Shown: positions 24,701-40,848 of the stretch, in pieces
Numbering within the stretch: the stretch's first letter is position 1
How the letters are laid out: each line of letters opens with the position of its first letter
Notes under the pieces: model-generated
What the model was told of the DNA's origin: nothing
The model's input: only the letters and a program-made list of their open reading frames with translations
Database searches by the model: none
Origin: Guillardia theta CCMP2712
Taxonomy: Eukaryota > Protista > Cryptophyta
Direction: 5' to 3'
DNA: 64,000 bases
NCBI RefSeq assembly: GCF_000315625.1
Contig: NW_005434594.1
Coordinates: forward strand, 304,482-368,481
Position numbers and translations under genes: made by a program

Positions 24701-24923
24701 TCGAAGTCCCAGCCCTCTGACAGCAAGGATTCGCTCCTATCTCGGACCTTCATCACCCATTCACTCAAACATCCAGCTCCTCCTCAAACAACACAACCTC
24801 CTCCTCCATCCCCGGGCCCGGCCCTTCATGCATGGACGAGACCGCCGGTCAGCTCAAATGCAGAATCTGTAAATCATCAGACAGGAGCAGATCTCTTTAC
24901 CTTCGACAGTTTCCTCCTTCGAC
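20367..24923 (-). CDS. Aftiphilin-like acidic clathrin/AP-1 accessory protein, multi-exon, spans an assembly gap
   Basis: Very acidic low-complexity ORFs with repeated DGGFGAF/EFGAF/AFGSF/DFGTF/EFGDF motifs and a C-terminal LPDLTFML, resembling the aftiphilin C-terminus. Start is uncertain. Confidence 0.65.
23746..23919. other. Assembly gap (N run) within a coding tandem-repeat array
   Basis: N bases. Confidence 1.
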
Positions 24924-24979
24924 TTCATCTTCCCTCTTCCCTTCACTCCTGTCTCAACCTGTCCCATCCTATCCCGTTC

Positions 24980-25175
24980 CCTCCTCTCCTCTCCTCTCCT
25001 CTCCTCTCCTCTCCTCTCCTCTCCTCTCCTCTCCTCTCCTCTCCTCTCCTCTCCTCTCCTCTCCTCTCCTCTCCCTCCTCTCCTCTCCTCTCCTCTCCTC
25101 TCCTCTCCTCTCCCCTCCTCTCCTCTCCTCTCCCCTCCTCTCCCCTCCTCTCCCCTCCTCTCCCCTCCTCTCCTC
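24980..25175. repeat. (CTCTC)n pentamer microsatellite
   Basis: Directly visible. Confidence 0.95.
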
Positions 25176-25194
25176 TTCATCTTCTCAGTTTCAG

Positions 25195-26300
25195 TCCACC
25201 CGGTCGTCCAAGGCCGATCGGGCCGGGCCCGGAGACCGGCCCGGTCGAGTTGACACCCGGTCCAGCACTGAAATTCTTTTTACTCAACTCACTTCCGCTT
25301 TGTCTCTTCTTGACCCTCTCCCTGTTTATACGGACGCCGAACAATCACCCACCCCTTCGACATGTCCGCACGTAATTTTTCATTATCACCCCCATTTACA
25401 CTCAATAATTACCGGAAATAGCAAGGTGGGTCACTACCCCTACCCTACATGATAAGTTCTACCCCATTCCATTCTGTACATGACAACTGTAAATAAAGGG
25501 TCGTTGCAACCCATCTACCCACCCCTAGTGTTGTGCTTTCAGGATGGTACAAGAGAACCGGTACATTTATCTGTGACACAACCTACATTTTGATGGTAGG
25601 GTGGTTGTTGACAAGGGTACATTTCATAGAGAAAGGGGTGGTATTAGGAACTAGGGGTAGTTAGGTCCATCGATTTCAATTGAAATGGTGGGGTACTCAC
25701 TTGGGAAATTTGGATGGTGGGGTAGGGTAAGTAGGGGTAATTTTATCCCAAAAAAAAATTGCGGGCTGTATGAGGTTGTAAAAAGAGTTTCTTTGTGGGA
25801 ATTTTTTGAAAATATCATTCCAAGATTTTGAAATTTGAAAATCAAACCTGAAATCTGTACCCTTCGATCTTCCCCCCCTACCCCACTCAATTGTACCCTC
25901 TGTAATAGCTGAGCGGACCCCCGATCGGCGTCCCTGGGTGGAGACATAGGGTAGGGTGGTATTTTGATGTGGGTGGGTACCGATAGCAGAAGGTAGGCCC
26001 AAGAGGTCCTAGAGAATACGCCTCCTGGTGAGGAAGGGAGGTGGGGGGTACTCTAGACTTAAAACACGGGTAGTCATGCTGAGGAAAAGGGGGTAAGGTT
26101 AATGAATTTGGGGGTCCGGCCGACGAGGCTGTAGAGGGGTGGGGGTAGGGCTATGCGAAGATTCCAACAAAGGAGGGGTGGTGCACACTACCCCATAATT
26201 CTGAAAACACCCCTATTCATTCCTATGACTACCCCCTCAATTCAGGCCACCCTTTACCACAAGTATTACCCCCACCCCCATCAAGCACAGACCTCCTGCC
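25195..26300. promoter_or_regulatory. Short GC block + long TACCC/GGGTA block upstream of the aftiphilin-like gene
   Basis: Word content as in other modules; TTTACTCAA at 25279-25287. Confidence 0.5.
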
Positions 26301-27339
26301 CCGGCAGCCCCCGCAATGCAGGAAGGGCTTTGGTAGAGCGAGAGGAGAAGCACGAGGAGGATGAGCACATCACAGCTGCAGGGGATCATTATCTTGCGAA
26401 ATTTCTCATGCAAAGTACAGAGAGGATTGAATGAGAGGACAGAGCAGAAAGTAGATCAGCAAACAGGAGGCAGCAAAGAGACTAAGGGCAGTGGGACACC
26501 TATGAAGGCGTAAGGGGAGGGTGAAAGTATAAGAGGAAAGGTGGATGAGGAGCAATGCGCAATCAAAAGATCTCAAACTTGTTCGATAAAAAATCGAACG
26601 GTCAGGACGAAAAGAAAGCTCTTGCGCTTAGATAGACGCTGGAATGCCTTGGGATGCCTCTAGGTGTGATTGAGGGGTAAGAGCTCGTTCGACTTTAGAT
26701 TGTGTTCACAGCAGAAGCTTTCTTGTTATTCATCCTGCCTCATTCATACGCGATTTCATGTTGAGATGAGTTTAGAAGAAGTCATCAGACACGTGGCCAT
26801 CCCACAGGAAGATGAAAACATCCAGAGGCAGGAATGGCAGAAGATAGATACTTTGTTATCAAGACCAAGAGAGTAGTTGTGAGTATGCTGCTGGTAACAT
26901 GCATATTTCTGCAGACAGCATCTGTGTGATGAGCACCTGTGTGATGAGATGAATGATAGAGGCATAGCACACAGATGCATATATGAGGTGTCTAAGCTGC
27001 ATGCTAGTGATTTACCGACGGAGCAATATTGTCCACACAAAACTGTGAGGCTAGAAATCATGTGACACGCTTGCCCCAACCTTGGAACCTGTTGAGGTTT
27101 TGAATGATGCTTGGTGTCGTTCTGATATTTTGCAGCAGATCTCTACTCTTAAGGCTCCCCCGCCAATATTAGCCACCCAACCATTTAGTATCCCAACTTA
27201 GACAGATCACGATGCCCAACCCCAGGATATGCCTTCTGGTTGCGCTTATTGCGGTTCGATCTCTACCGTTTTCGCCATGAGTTTCTCATGTCGATTTCAG
27301 ACTATGGTCGCGAACACAAGCACCATGAGAGTCCTTTGG

Positions 27340-29887
27340 ATGGGAGGAGACGACAAACCGGATTCTACCATGAAACGCAATGGTGACAAGCCAAGAGCAG
27401 GGTACGATGATAGCACGGACAAGCTGCTGCAGGTGAGTTCGGTAGGATGGTACAGACGGCAAGTCTGACCCGACCGTCACGTACAGGCAGCGATCAGGAA
27501 CATAGATCAGCTCACGAGCGTCGCAAGGGAGTTGTCTCAGGAGAACATCAGCCCGGCTGTGTTGAAATCTGCTTCAAGGACTGACCTGCCATCCTTGAAT
27601 GGGAACAAGGCCAACCAGCCTAAACCTGTGCAGAACTATCAGCCGCAGTGGAGCGAGCAGCCGCAGGAGCAGCCGAGGGCTCCTCCTCAACAGTGCGCTC
27701 TGACCTTCCGGCTCAAGAATGATATAACCCAACCCGGCGACACGGTCCTCGTCGTCGGAAACGTTCCAGAGCTGGGCGAATGGAAGCCGCAGCGCGCGGC
27801 AAAGCTGAGCACGAACTCGGGGAGTTTCCCGTACTGGAACGTGGCGATTACGTTGCGCCCGGGCTTCTCGCTCGAGTACAAGTTTGTGATCCAAAAGAGC
27901 GGTGGAGAACTAGTATGGGAGAAGGGGGAGAACAGGAAGATCAAGGTCCCTGTGTCCTCCAAGGCTACTGCTGAGAGCGCCTTCGGGGAGAAGGGAGAGC
28001 GAATCTCGGGAGTGGATGCTGCTGTGGTGGAAGCCAGGGCCCCCTCTCCCCCAGCTGCCATCGCCTTGTATGAGCCGGAGGCTCCGATGAATCAAGAGTC
28101 GGCGACGCTGCACCTGCGCGTCAAGTGCACGACGAACCCTGGGGAGAGCGTGTTCGTGTGCGGAGGTCACCCGTCAATCGGAGGATGGGACCCGGTGAAG
28201 GCCGTCATGCTGGTGTGTCGGAAACCGAGCCATCCCATAATTTTTTGCTCACTTTGCTCATGCAGAAAACCAACAAGGATGACTATCCCCATTGGAGCGG
28301 CACCATCCAAGTCCCCGTCTCCGCGGTGGAGTCACTGGTGGTGGAGGAGCCGATCTGACCTTGAGCCGTAGACTCAGAAGGAGAACATCCGCTACAAGTA
28401 CGTCGTCAAGGACTCGTAAGATTGTGTTTGTGCTCTTATGTGGCCCTTATCATCTCCGCCAGCAACGGGCAGTCTCGCTGGGAGGATGCGATCGCAGACA
28501 GGGTCCTGATGCAGGAGAGCAAGAAACCAGGGTGAGACTGGATGCTGCTGTCTTCCCTTCGCTCACTCCTTCGCTCCTGCAGCGGAGTCCTCAGCATCAA
28601 CATGCACACGTACGTCGACGATGGATCCTTCAACTGCCTGCAAAGTACGAGGAGGGGGGGAGGGGGAGGAGGAGCAGCAGCAGCAGCACTATCAGCTGAT
28701 GGCTGATCCGTGTGCTGTCGCAGGGGTCTGCACGTACGTTCGTGACGGCAAGGAGAGGCCGCGCACGCCCAGCACGGCTCTCGCCACTACTCCTCCTCCT
28801 CAGGTCCTCATGATTAGCCGACCTTTCCCTCCCTCATGACGTGTACGACAGATCCCAGCAGGTATGCAGGTGGTCAGCATTGACCAAGTGCGGCAGTGGG
28901 AGGTGAGGATGGCAGGCAGCTGAAGACTTCAGCTGGGTGACGGTACTGGTGGTAGGCGAGGGTGGCGGAGCTGGAGGATGAGTGCGAGTCGCTGAGGGAG
29001 AGGGCCCGTGCTGCGGAGGCGTCGGTGGACGCTCTGAACACGGAGCTAGAGGAGGCAAGTCCTGCGTGCCGTGCACATGGCCGAGGCTGAGGCTGCTGGT
29101 GCAGGAGAGGAGAGTGAATGAGGAGATCATGGAGCAGATGAAGTTTGTGGAGGAGCTGCTGCAGGTCTGGCCTCCTCCCCCTCCCTCTTCCTCTTAATTC
29201 CTTGCTCCTGATTTTCTTCACTTCTGTCCTCTCCTTCCTTCTCTCCCTCCTCTCGACCATCCTCTGCTCCCCGTACTCCTTGTCCTCCTGGTTTTGACTT
29301 GGATTGTGCAGCGCATGAAGAAGATGGAAGAGACTGTGCGGATTCTTCAACCCTCAGCATCTTCCTTGACCCTCCTTGCAGGTGACGACGCTCGAGGAGA
29401 CCAAGGACGTTCTCATCACCCGCAGCGAGTCGATGAACAACTTGCAAGCTATGGGCAGCCCCCCAAGGTTGGAGGAGGAAAGAGGGAGGGAGGGAGGGAG
29501 GGAGGGAGGGAGGGACGAGGACAAGGACGAGGACGAGGACGAGACTGACCGGATGCAGCAGCAGCGCAACCAAGAGCGCCAAGGAGGGGATCGCAGACTC
29601 TATAGAAGAAGGACTGGCGAACGCGAAACAGGTGAAACAAAGGAGCGAATGTCGGAGGAGTGGAGGGAAGGGCGACGGGAGGGAGGGGGAAATGGAGAAG
29701 GGCGGCGGACATGCACAGGGGAGGAGGAGAGAGGAGGGGAGGGGAGGGGAGGGGAGGGGAGGAGTTGAGAGAGGAAGGGAGAGGAGAGGAGAGGAGGGAA
29801 GATTTCTTGTTGACGGTCGGGCTTCAGATTCTCAACAACATCGACCGTCAGTTGACTCACAACCAAGCATCTTCCGTCCGAGCTTGA
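27340..29887 (+). CDS. Tandem CBM20 (starch-binding) + coiled-coil protein, multi-exon
   Basis: TQPGDTVLVVGNVPELGEWKPQRAAKL..FPYW..LEYKFVI..VWEKGENR and TTNPGESVFVCGGHPSIGGWDPVKAVML..YPHW..IRYKYVV..RWE; C-terminal coiled coil. No catalytic domain seen. Confidence 0.85.
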
Positions 29888-30099
29888 GCTTAGGACAAGA
29901 GTCTATTCTTTCATGCTGTACAGTTATCCCAGTTCTCTCCTATCCCAGCCTCCTTCTCTCTTCACTCGTCCTCGTCCTTCAACACTTCTTTCCCTTCTCT
30001 CTCCTCCTCTCCCTTCTTTCCTCGAACTCTCCTTGATTGCTCTCACTCGTCCTTGAGCTCTTGCAACCCTCCTGATCTCCCCCTTGACGATGGTTTTCT

Positions 30100-34104
<4,005 letters not shown>

Positions 34105-34432
34105 TCTGCGCCTGCTCTCCCTGACCTGCTCCGGGCTAGTTTGCAGATGACATATGTCGCTGTATGCATATCAGTCAGGAGCAGGCAGCAACAGCAGAGT
34201 CTTATCCTCCTCTTCAAACATCCATTACCAGCCTCCCTGCACTTCTCCCCGCCCTCTATCGTCCCCTCCTCCATGTCCTTCCAGACGTTCCTCGCCCTTC
34301 CCCTCGCAACCCCCAATGCTCTCCCCACCTGCTACGGTAGTCCTCTCCCCCTCACATCCCTCTCTTCCTCCTCCTCTCCCTCCTGTCCTCCTCCTCCTCT
34401 CCCTCCTGTCCTCCTCCTCCTCTCCCTCCCCC

Positions 34433-34500
<68 letters not shown>

Positions 34501-34668
34501 TCTCTAGCTCTCGCCCCGACCTACGTGCTGTCACACAATCCAGTCAAAATCTTCAGAGACCTGGCTCCCCGCATAAGTTGGGGAAGGATCTCCCGGGCGG
34601 TCCAAACTAGGGAAGTACTTCTTGGAGATTAACCGAGCCTCCGGTTGGTGGAAAGGGATTCGTCTGAA

Positions 34669-34768
34669 NNNNNNNNNNNNNNNNNNNNNNNNNNNNNNNN
34701 NNNNNNNNNNNNNNNNNNNNNNNNNNNNNNNNNNNNNNNNNNNNNNNNNNNNNNNNNNNNNNNNNNNN
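34669..34768. other. Assembly gap (N run)
   Basis: N bases. Confidence 1.
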
Positions 34769-34879
34769 CCTCTCTCTCCCTCTCGTCCTCCTCTCCTTCA
34801 TCTCTCTCCCTCTCGTCCTCCTCTCCTTCATCTCTCCCCCCCTCTCCTTCTCCTTGCTCCATGACAGAGCAGAGAAATA

Positions 34880-35560
34880 TTGCACATGCGGGATCAGCGC
34901 ATGCCGGGGATGAGGGGGGACGAGGGTCTGGGATTACTCGGATCCCCGAGTCCCGGAGTCCCGCCGCACTCGGAGGCTCGGAGTCCCGAGGCCCGAGTCC
35001 GGTAAGGTCAGGGCTCAGTATAATCGCATGCCGGACCCGGCGCCGTGAACAGTGCGGCCGGGCTCCCGGCGGGCCAATCAACTTGCCACTGATGATGACG
35101 TACTCCAGTGCGGCCGCCGGGACTCGGGACCGTCAGTCACTGTCAGGCGGAGTCTCGGATCCGACCCGGTACGCTGGCTGCCGGCCCGCCGGTTCACTGA
35201 CTGGCACTGCGGCAAGCCCTCAGGCGGTGACGGAGTGACCGTACGACTGTCGGAACTTCGACTCGGCGTCCGGCGGGCCCGCCCCACCGCCGTGTGATCG
35301 GACTCAGTAGGCTCCGCTCGGAAGCACTGCCAGTGAGTGACTTGCCAGTATGCATGGCAGCGACAAAGAACTTCGGAAGTTCAACTTGACATGATTTCAC
35401 TGATCAAAAACTGAGAAAGAGTAGCCGCTTTAACTCATTTTCAATCTGTCACTGGCCGGAGGCCGAAGTACAACTTGCCTGCGTCAGTCTAGAAAGTTCA
35501 GTGAATGCCGGGACCGTTGGGGAGAAAGTTATGGGCCAGGCCGCCCGGCGTAGGCTAGGC
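34880..35560. promoter_or_regulatory. GC-palindrome block upstream of DNAJC21
   Basis: CCGG/GAGTC/GTCA words; GAACTTCGGAAGTTC near-palindrome at ~35368. Confidence 0.45.
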
Positions 35561-35667
35561 TTGCTCAGATATCCGATGCTGAATGAAGGTGTTGGTCAGA
35601 AAGCCTCGCTATACTCTCTCGCCGCGCTCAGCAAAGTAGTGCCCTCCTCCTCGGTATATGCTGAGGT

Positions 35668-37078
35668 TCAGTTCGACGTTCCCGCAGCCTCCTTCTTCTC
35701 CTCAGTGGATGCCTCCTCCTTGGAATCCTGTTTCTGTTCCTCTTTCGCTCCATGCGGAGGATCTTCCTTGTCTGAGCGAACATGTCAGAGCCTCCTCCAC
35801 TCCCCTTATCCTCACCGTCATGGGCAGGGCTCCGACTCATGGACCGGCGACGGGATCCGGAGCGGGAGCGGGACCTTGAGCGAGAGCGAGGCCTGTAAGA
35901 TGAAGGATAAGACGAAGGAGCAAGAGAAAAGATGGGACTGTGAAAGGAGTGACATCACTTGCAGCGTTCCCGGGACCTCGATCTGTCGCGCCTGTCCAAG
36001 AAAGGGAAGGCAAGGGTCACGAGTGTTCGAGCTACTGGCAGGGTACACCCACCTCTCCCTCTCATCCTCCCGCTCTCTCTCCTCCGACGTCATCTGATCT
36101 CTGATGCGGCACACAGTCAGGAATACTTCAAGAGCAGCGGGGCTGAGCGGTCGTGACGGACCTGGGCTTCATGACACGGATGTAGCCCCGGTCAAACGGG
36201 TTTGAGAACTCAGTGTCATCGAACTTCTTGATCGCATAGTCCTGCAGTCATCCAACTGATCGTTAGATGGAGAGGTATGACACACTTGCAACACATACCC
36301 GATCGTCCTCGTTGGCGAATTCCACGATCCCGCCACCCTTCAATCAGCAACTCAACGATGTGGCTTTGACGACTCAGCACAATCTGCGCAGACCTGTCGA
36401 TCAACATCGGTGTAGACGATCTCTCCAGCCTGTCTGAAGAAGTCTTTGAGATCTTGCCATGAAGCTGCTCGGCATCGTCAACCTCTGCCGCATCCAGGAC
36501 GGCCCACCAACCTGACTTGGGCAGGCCGGAGATAATCACTCGATAGTCAGAGCGCCTCAGGTTGCGAGGAGGAGCTTTGCCCGACCCCCTCTTGTCGTAT
36601 CCGTAAGTCGCAGCCGTTCCACGCGACATCTCCACTCGCAGCCTTGCTCCTTCGAACATGACTCCATCTGTACATGGAAGTGCGCACATCCCTGGGGTCA
36701 GGACACGACAAGACTGCCATAGTCACATCTGACCTCGTCCTCGCACTGCGGCGAGCTGGTCAGCCACACGAACTCAAGGGAAGAAGTGACGAACGTACCA
36801 GCATCCTCGGCATCATACAGGTTGTCGAATTCAACAAACGCAAACGCAGGGGGCCTGCATGACTCATGACTCATGCCTCTTTCATTCACTGGAGCTCTTG
36901 CTCCCGTCTCACCTAGAAGGCGTCTTCACCTCAATATCGCGGATCCGTCCATACTTGTAGAACAGGTCATCAATATCTCTTTCTCGGATGTCAAGAGGCA
37001 AGTTTCCAACTGACCACCAACAAACATCAAGGCCCCATCCCATCGCGAGCCATTCTGCTCACCATAAACGCGGGCCAT
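35668..37078 (-). CDS. SRSF1: SR splicing factor SRSF1/ASF-like (RRM + pseudo-RRM + RS), many short introns
   Basis: [87 protein letters not shown] and an RS tail. The 3' end is approximate. Confidence 0.9.
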
Positions 37079-38123
37079 GGCCTGGGATCTCAGCAAGGGA
37101 CAACGCACCCTTCACCACACGGTCAGATATAAACCACAGCGTCTTGATGTGACTTCAGCTGCTGCTTCTGCTGCTGCTGTGTTGTTCGGTTCGCATCACT
37201 GGCATCGAGCCCATGTCGGTCTACCCACGAAGACCTCTTACCACGTCTTCGGATCGCTCTCCATCCCTCACCGCAGACACAAATTCGGCCATGACCATCA
37301 TCGCAGTTGTTGCAATCCTCCTCCATGCTGGCTATGCAGCAGTTTTCCTACCACCTGAAGGCCATGCTCTTCGCGCGACACAAAATCTCTCCGGGAAGCC
37401 ACCGGTCTCAACCCTCCAGGAGTGAAGCAGAGTCTCCTTCACCTCCCGCACATGACAGTTCTTCCTCTCCTGCTCTCTTTCTCTCTCACACACATCCTCC
37501 TCCTCCTCCTCCTCTCCTCCTCCGCTCCCGCCTTTCCCATTCGCCTCCACTACGCGTTCCTCTTCGCATTCTTCTTTCCTTTGACTATAGCATTTTCAAC
37601 CTGTAACACCCAAATTTGCTAGGGAGCCATGAAATTACAAAAAGACTTCCAGAACATTCTATCTCTTTTAGCTAGAATTTTTCTAAATTTCTGTCCTGAT
37701 GACAAAAATTATTGACTATAGATAGTACGGCACCGGACGGCGCCGGGCCCGGCCCGGCCGGGAGTCCGGGCCTCGCTACTTACACAGACTGTCATCACCC
37801 CCTTTCGTTCACGTATTTACACCGGTACTTCACCACATGGGGTACCCACCCCTCGTTCTGACTCTTGTACCCCCACATTTTAGTATTCGCACCCACCCTA
37901 CCCTAACCTACCCTGGTACCTAAAGGCACGTGGGGGGCCGGCCTCCTCTACCCCCTACCCCCACCCCCTCAAATTGTACCCCACCCTCGACAGACACTTG
38001 TGGATTTTACAATACCCCTGAAAGATCATGATAAAGTACCGGTCATTCCATGAAATGGGAGTAGAGCATGGGGTGCATAGAAAACGGAGATGGGGTGGTG
38101 GGGTACCAAACTAGGAGTCGGCG

Positions 38124-40351
38124 ATGGCGAAGTGGGTTGCTGCAGCTGCCGTGATGGCAACGATGATGGCTGGAGGAGAAGCCTGGACCATGTGTAAGTG
38201 CGCAGAGAAGAGATGATGAGAAAGATGCGAGATGGTGCTCCATGATGCCTCCCCTTGACGATCATCCAGAACTGATGTTTGTAGCTCATGAAGCGTGTTG
38301 AGGGTTGGGTTGATGTTGGAGTGGGGGGGGCGGGACGGTGATACTGGATGCTCGCTGTCAAGGTGTCGAGATGTTCGATATGGTTGATTGCTCATGGTGT
38401 TTTGATGATCCCGAGAAGATGGCATGTAATGAGAAATTCAGCTCTCGTGTGATGTTTGTCTTACCGTGTGGTGATGTCTGTACAACACAACTAGTGAAAA
38501 GCCATTTAATAGAAGCGATGAAAGGAGAAAGAGATGCACACAACAAATAGGAAAACCATGCAGATCGTATCCCTCTGGTGTATTTTGTTGCTCCTGTATT
38601 GAGTTTTCCCGATCTGATATGTGTTGCTTTAAAACACTTTCGGTCGCGCCTCACGCTCCTCCTGTTATCTTTTTGAAACATCATGCTATCGCATCATCTT
38701 CCCCACCACCACCTTCTCCTCCTCCTCCTCCTCCTCCTCCTCCTCCTCCTCCTCCTCCTCCTGTTGTATCCGCCTCCTCCTGGCCCTCGTCCTTGACATT
38801 TCTACACCTCACTGTCTGACTTTGGCTCTCGCAGCTCCTTCTCTCGGCGCTGCTCCCAGGCTCAGGACCTCGACTGGCGTCTCCACCATTTGCATGGGTC
38901 GTAAGGGAGCGCAGACTGGTCTCGGCAAGGGCAACGTGAGTTGATTAGGAAGGTTTTGAATGTGATAGAGATGGAGATGATGTTGATGGCGTTATGCCTA
39001 GACTAGCTTACTTTTCAGGATGTGTGCAACTTGTACAATCCCTGCCTTTGTCTCGTGTCTCATTTCTGTTTCATTTCTGTTCGTGTTTCACATCCTTGTT
39101 GTCCCTCGTCCTAGTCCCTTGCCCCGCAATCCTCTCCTTGTCCCTCTGTCCAAAATCTTAATCGTATCCCCTCACCACTCCTGTTCTCTTCCCTTTTCTC
39201 CTCTTCTCTTCTCCCCTCCCTTCTCCTCTCCTCTCCTCCCCTCTCCTCCTTCCCCTCTCGCTCCTTTCTCCCTTACATATCGAACATCTGACGCCTCGTC
39301 TCAGACCCGCACTGTTGTGCGCGAGAAGAAGAGCAAGGGCTCCTCCCAGACTGTCGTCAAGGTCAGGAAGGTTACCGGAGTCGACGTTACCAAGGGCATG
39401 ATCATCGCCAAGCTCGACAAGGCCACCAAGGAGAACTTTCCCTCTGAGATCCTCAACGAGAAGGTACCGTCCTCCCTCCTCCGCTCCCTCCCTTTCCTCT
39501 CTGCACTTTCCTACTCCTTCCTCGTCTTATTCCTTGCCTGGGATCTCTCGTCCCTGCTGGGAACTTGCGCTCCTCTGTCCTCCACCTCTTCATGCTGTTG
39601 CTGCATGGAGAGCGTTTGCTCTGACGACCCTCACGATTCCTCCTCCTCCTGTTGCCTCCCGTCCGCTCGTGGTCTTGACGAGGCCCCAGGTCGAGAAGTT
39701 CATGAAGGAGGAGGCTGGTTCCACCATGTACCCCAAGTTGATGCGCAAGGTGAAGCAGCCGGCGCTCCCTCGCTTCCTCTCTTCTCATGCCCTCGTGTAG
39801 ATCAAGGCCACCGCTGGTCAGTTGGGCGTCTCCATGCCAGACAGGTGAGGATGCAGTGCGAGTGCGGAGGGAGGGAGGGAAGAGGAAAGGGGGGAGAGGG
39901 GGGAAGGAAGGAGAATCAATATGCTTTCGGTATGTTTACAAGGCTTGTTGCAGGTGGTGCTATGAGGCCTATGCCAACCGCTACCAGCGTGAGAGTTTGG
40001 CCAAGAAGATCACTGCTGCCCAGGCACCTGTAAGTATCTCTTCCTCTTCCTCTTCCTCTTCCTCTTCCTCTTCCTCTTCCTCTTCCTCTTCCTCTCCTCT
40101 TCCTCTTCCTCTTCCTCTCCCTCTCCCTCACACAACTCCTTTGCGGCTTATGCCCGATCTTGTCCGGCCTCGCCTTTCACGTCTTCCTACTTTTCTCGTC
40201 TTCCTGTCCTTTTCTTGTCAGTCTCGTCCTCTTTATTCTGGTCTTGTCCCTTCATCTGAGTACTTCTATCCTCCCCTGAGCCTCGCCTCGTCGACTACTC
40301 ACTCTTGTGCAGGCTGAGGGCGAGGAGGCCAAGGAAGCGGCCGCTGCATGA
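38124..40351 (+). CDS. Plastid-targeted basic protein of unknown function, ~7 exons
   Basis: Exon 1 MAKWVAAAAVMATMMAGGEA-WTM splices in phase (38194-38834) to SPSLGAAPRLRTSTGVSTIC-MGRKGAQTGLGKGN / TRTVVREKKSKG..NFPSEILNEK / VEKFMKEEAGSTMYPKLMRK / IKATAGQLGVSMPD..; strongly C/G-ending codons. Confidence 0.8.
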
Positions 40352-40848
40352 AAGTAGCATGTTGTATAATCTCATACAGATGAAGATCTTCCTGCTTCAG
40401 AATCTCTCACGCGTTGTTGCCTTGACATCCTCCTTTCCGCACTCCTCTCTGAGTGATGCTCAAGCATCATGGATGCACCTGCTCATTTCGATCTCGGCTA
40501 GACTTTTCTCGGCAAGTCATACTGCGAGGATAGCAGAAAAGCAGAGGTTCTTTGTTGGCAGAGCGACATGTTTTGCCCAGCCGGTAGAATCTATTCGGCA
40601 GATAGAATATTCAACCCATGTCAGGCGTTGGTTTACGAATTTATATAGCAGCACAAAGTCAGGAATAACATTACTGTTGGAGGCAAACAATTCAAGCTCG
40701 AATATCACACAGGTAAAGTACACATTTAGGTTACAGCACAAACAATCCACCGGGTGGTGGAGAGATTAAGTAGCAGCACAGATGCCATCTGAGGAAGCCG
40801 GTTGCCAGGTGTTGAGATCGTTCTCGATCTCCTTCTGCGCATTTCCAG

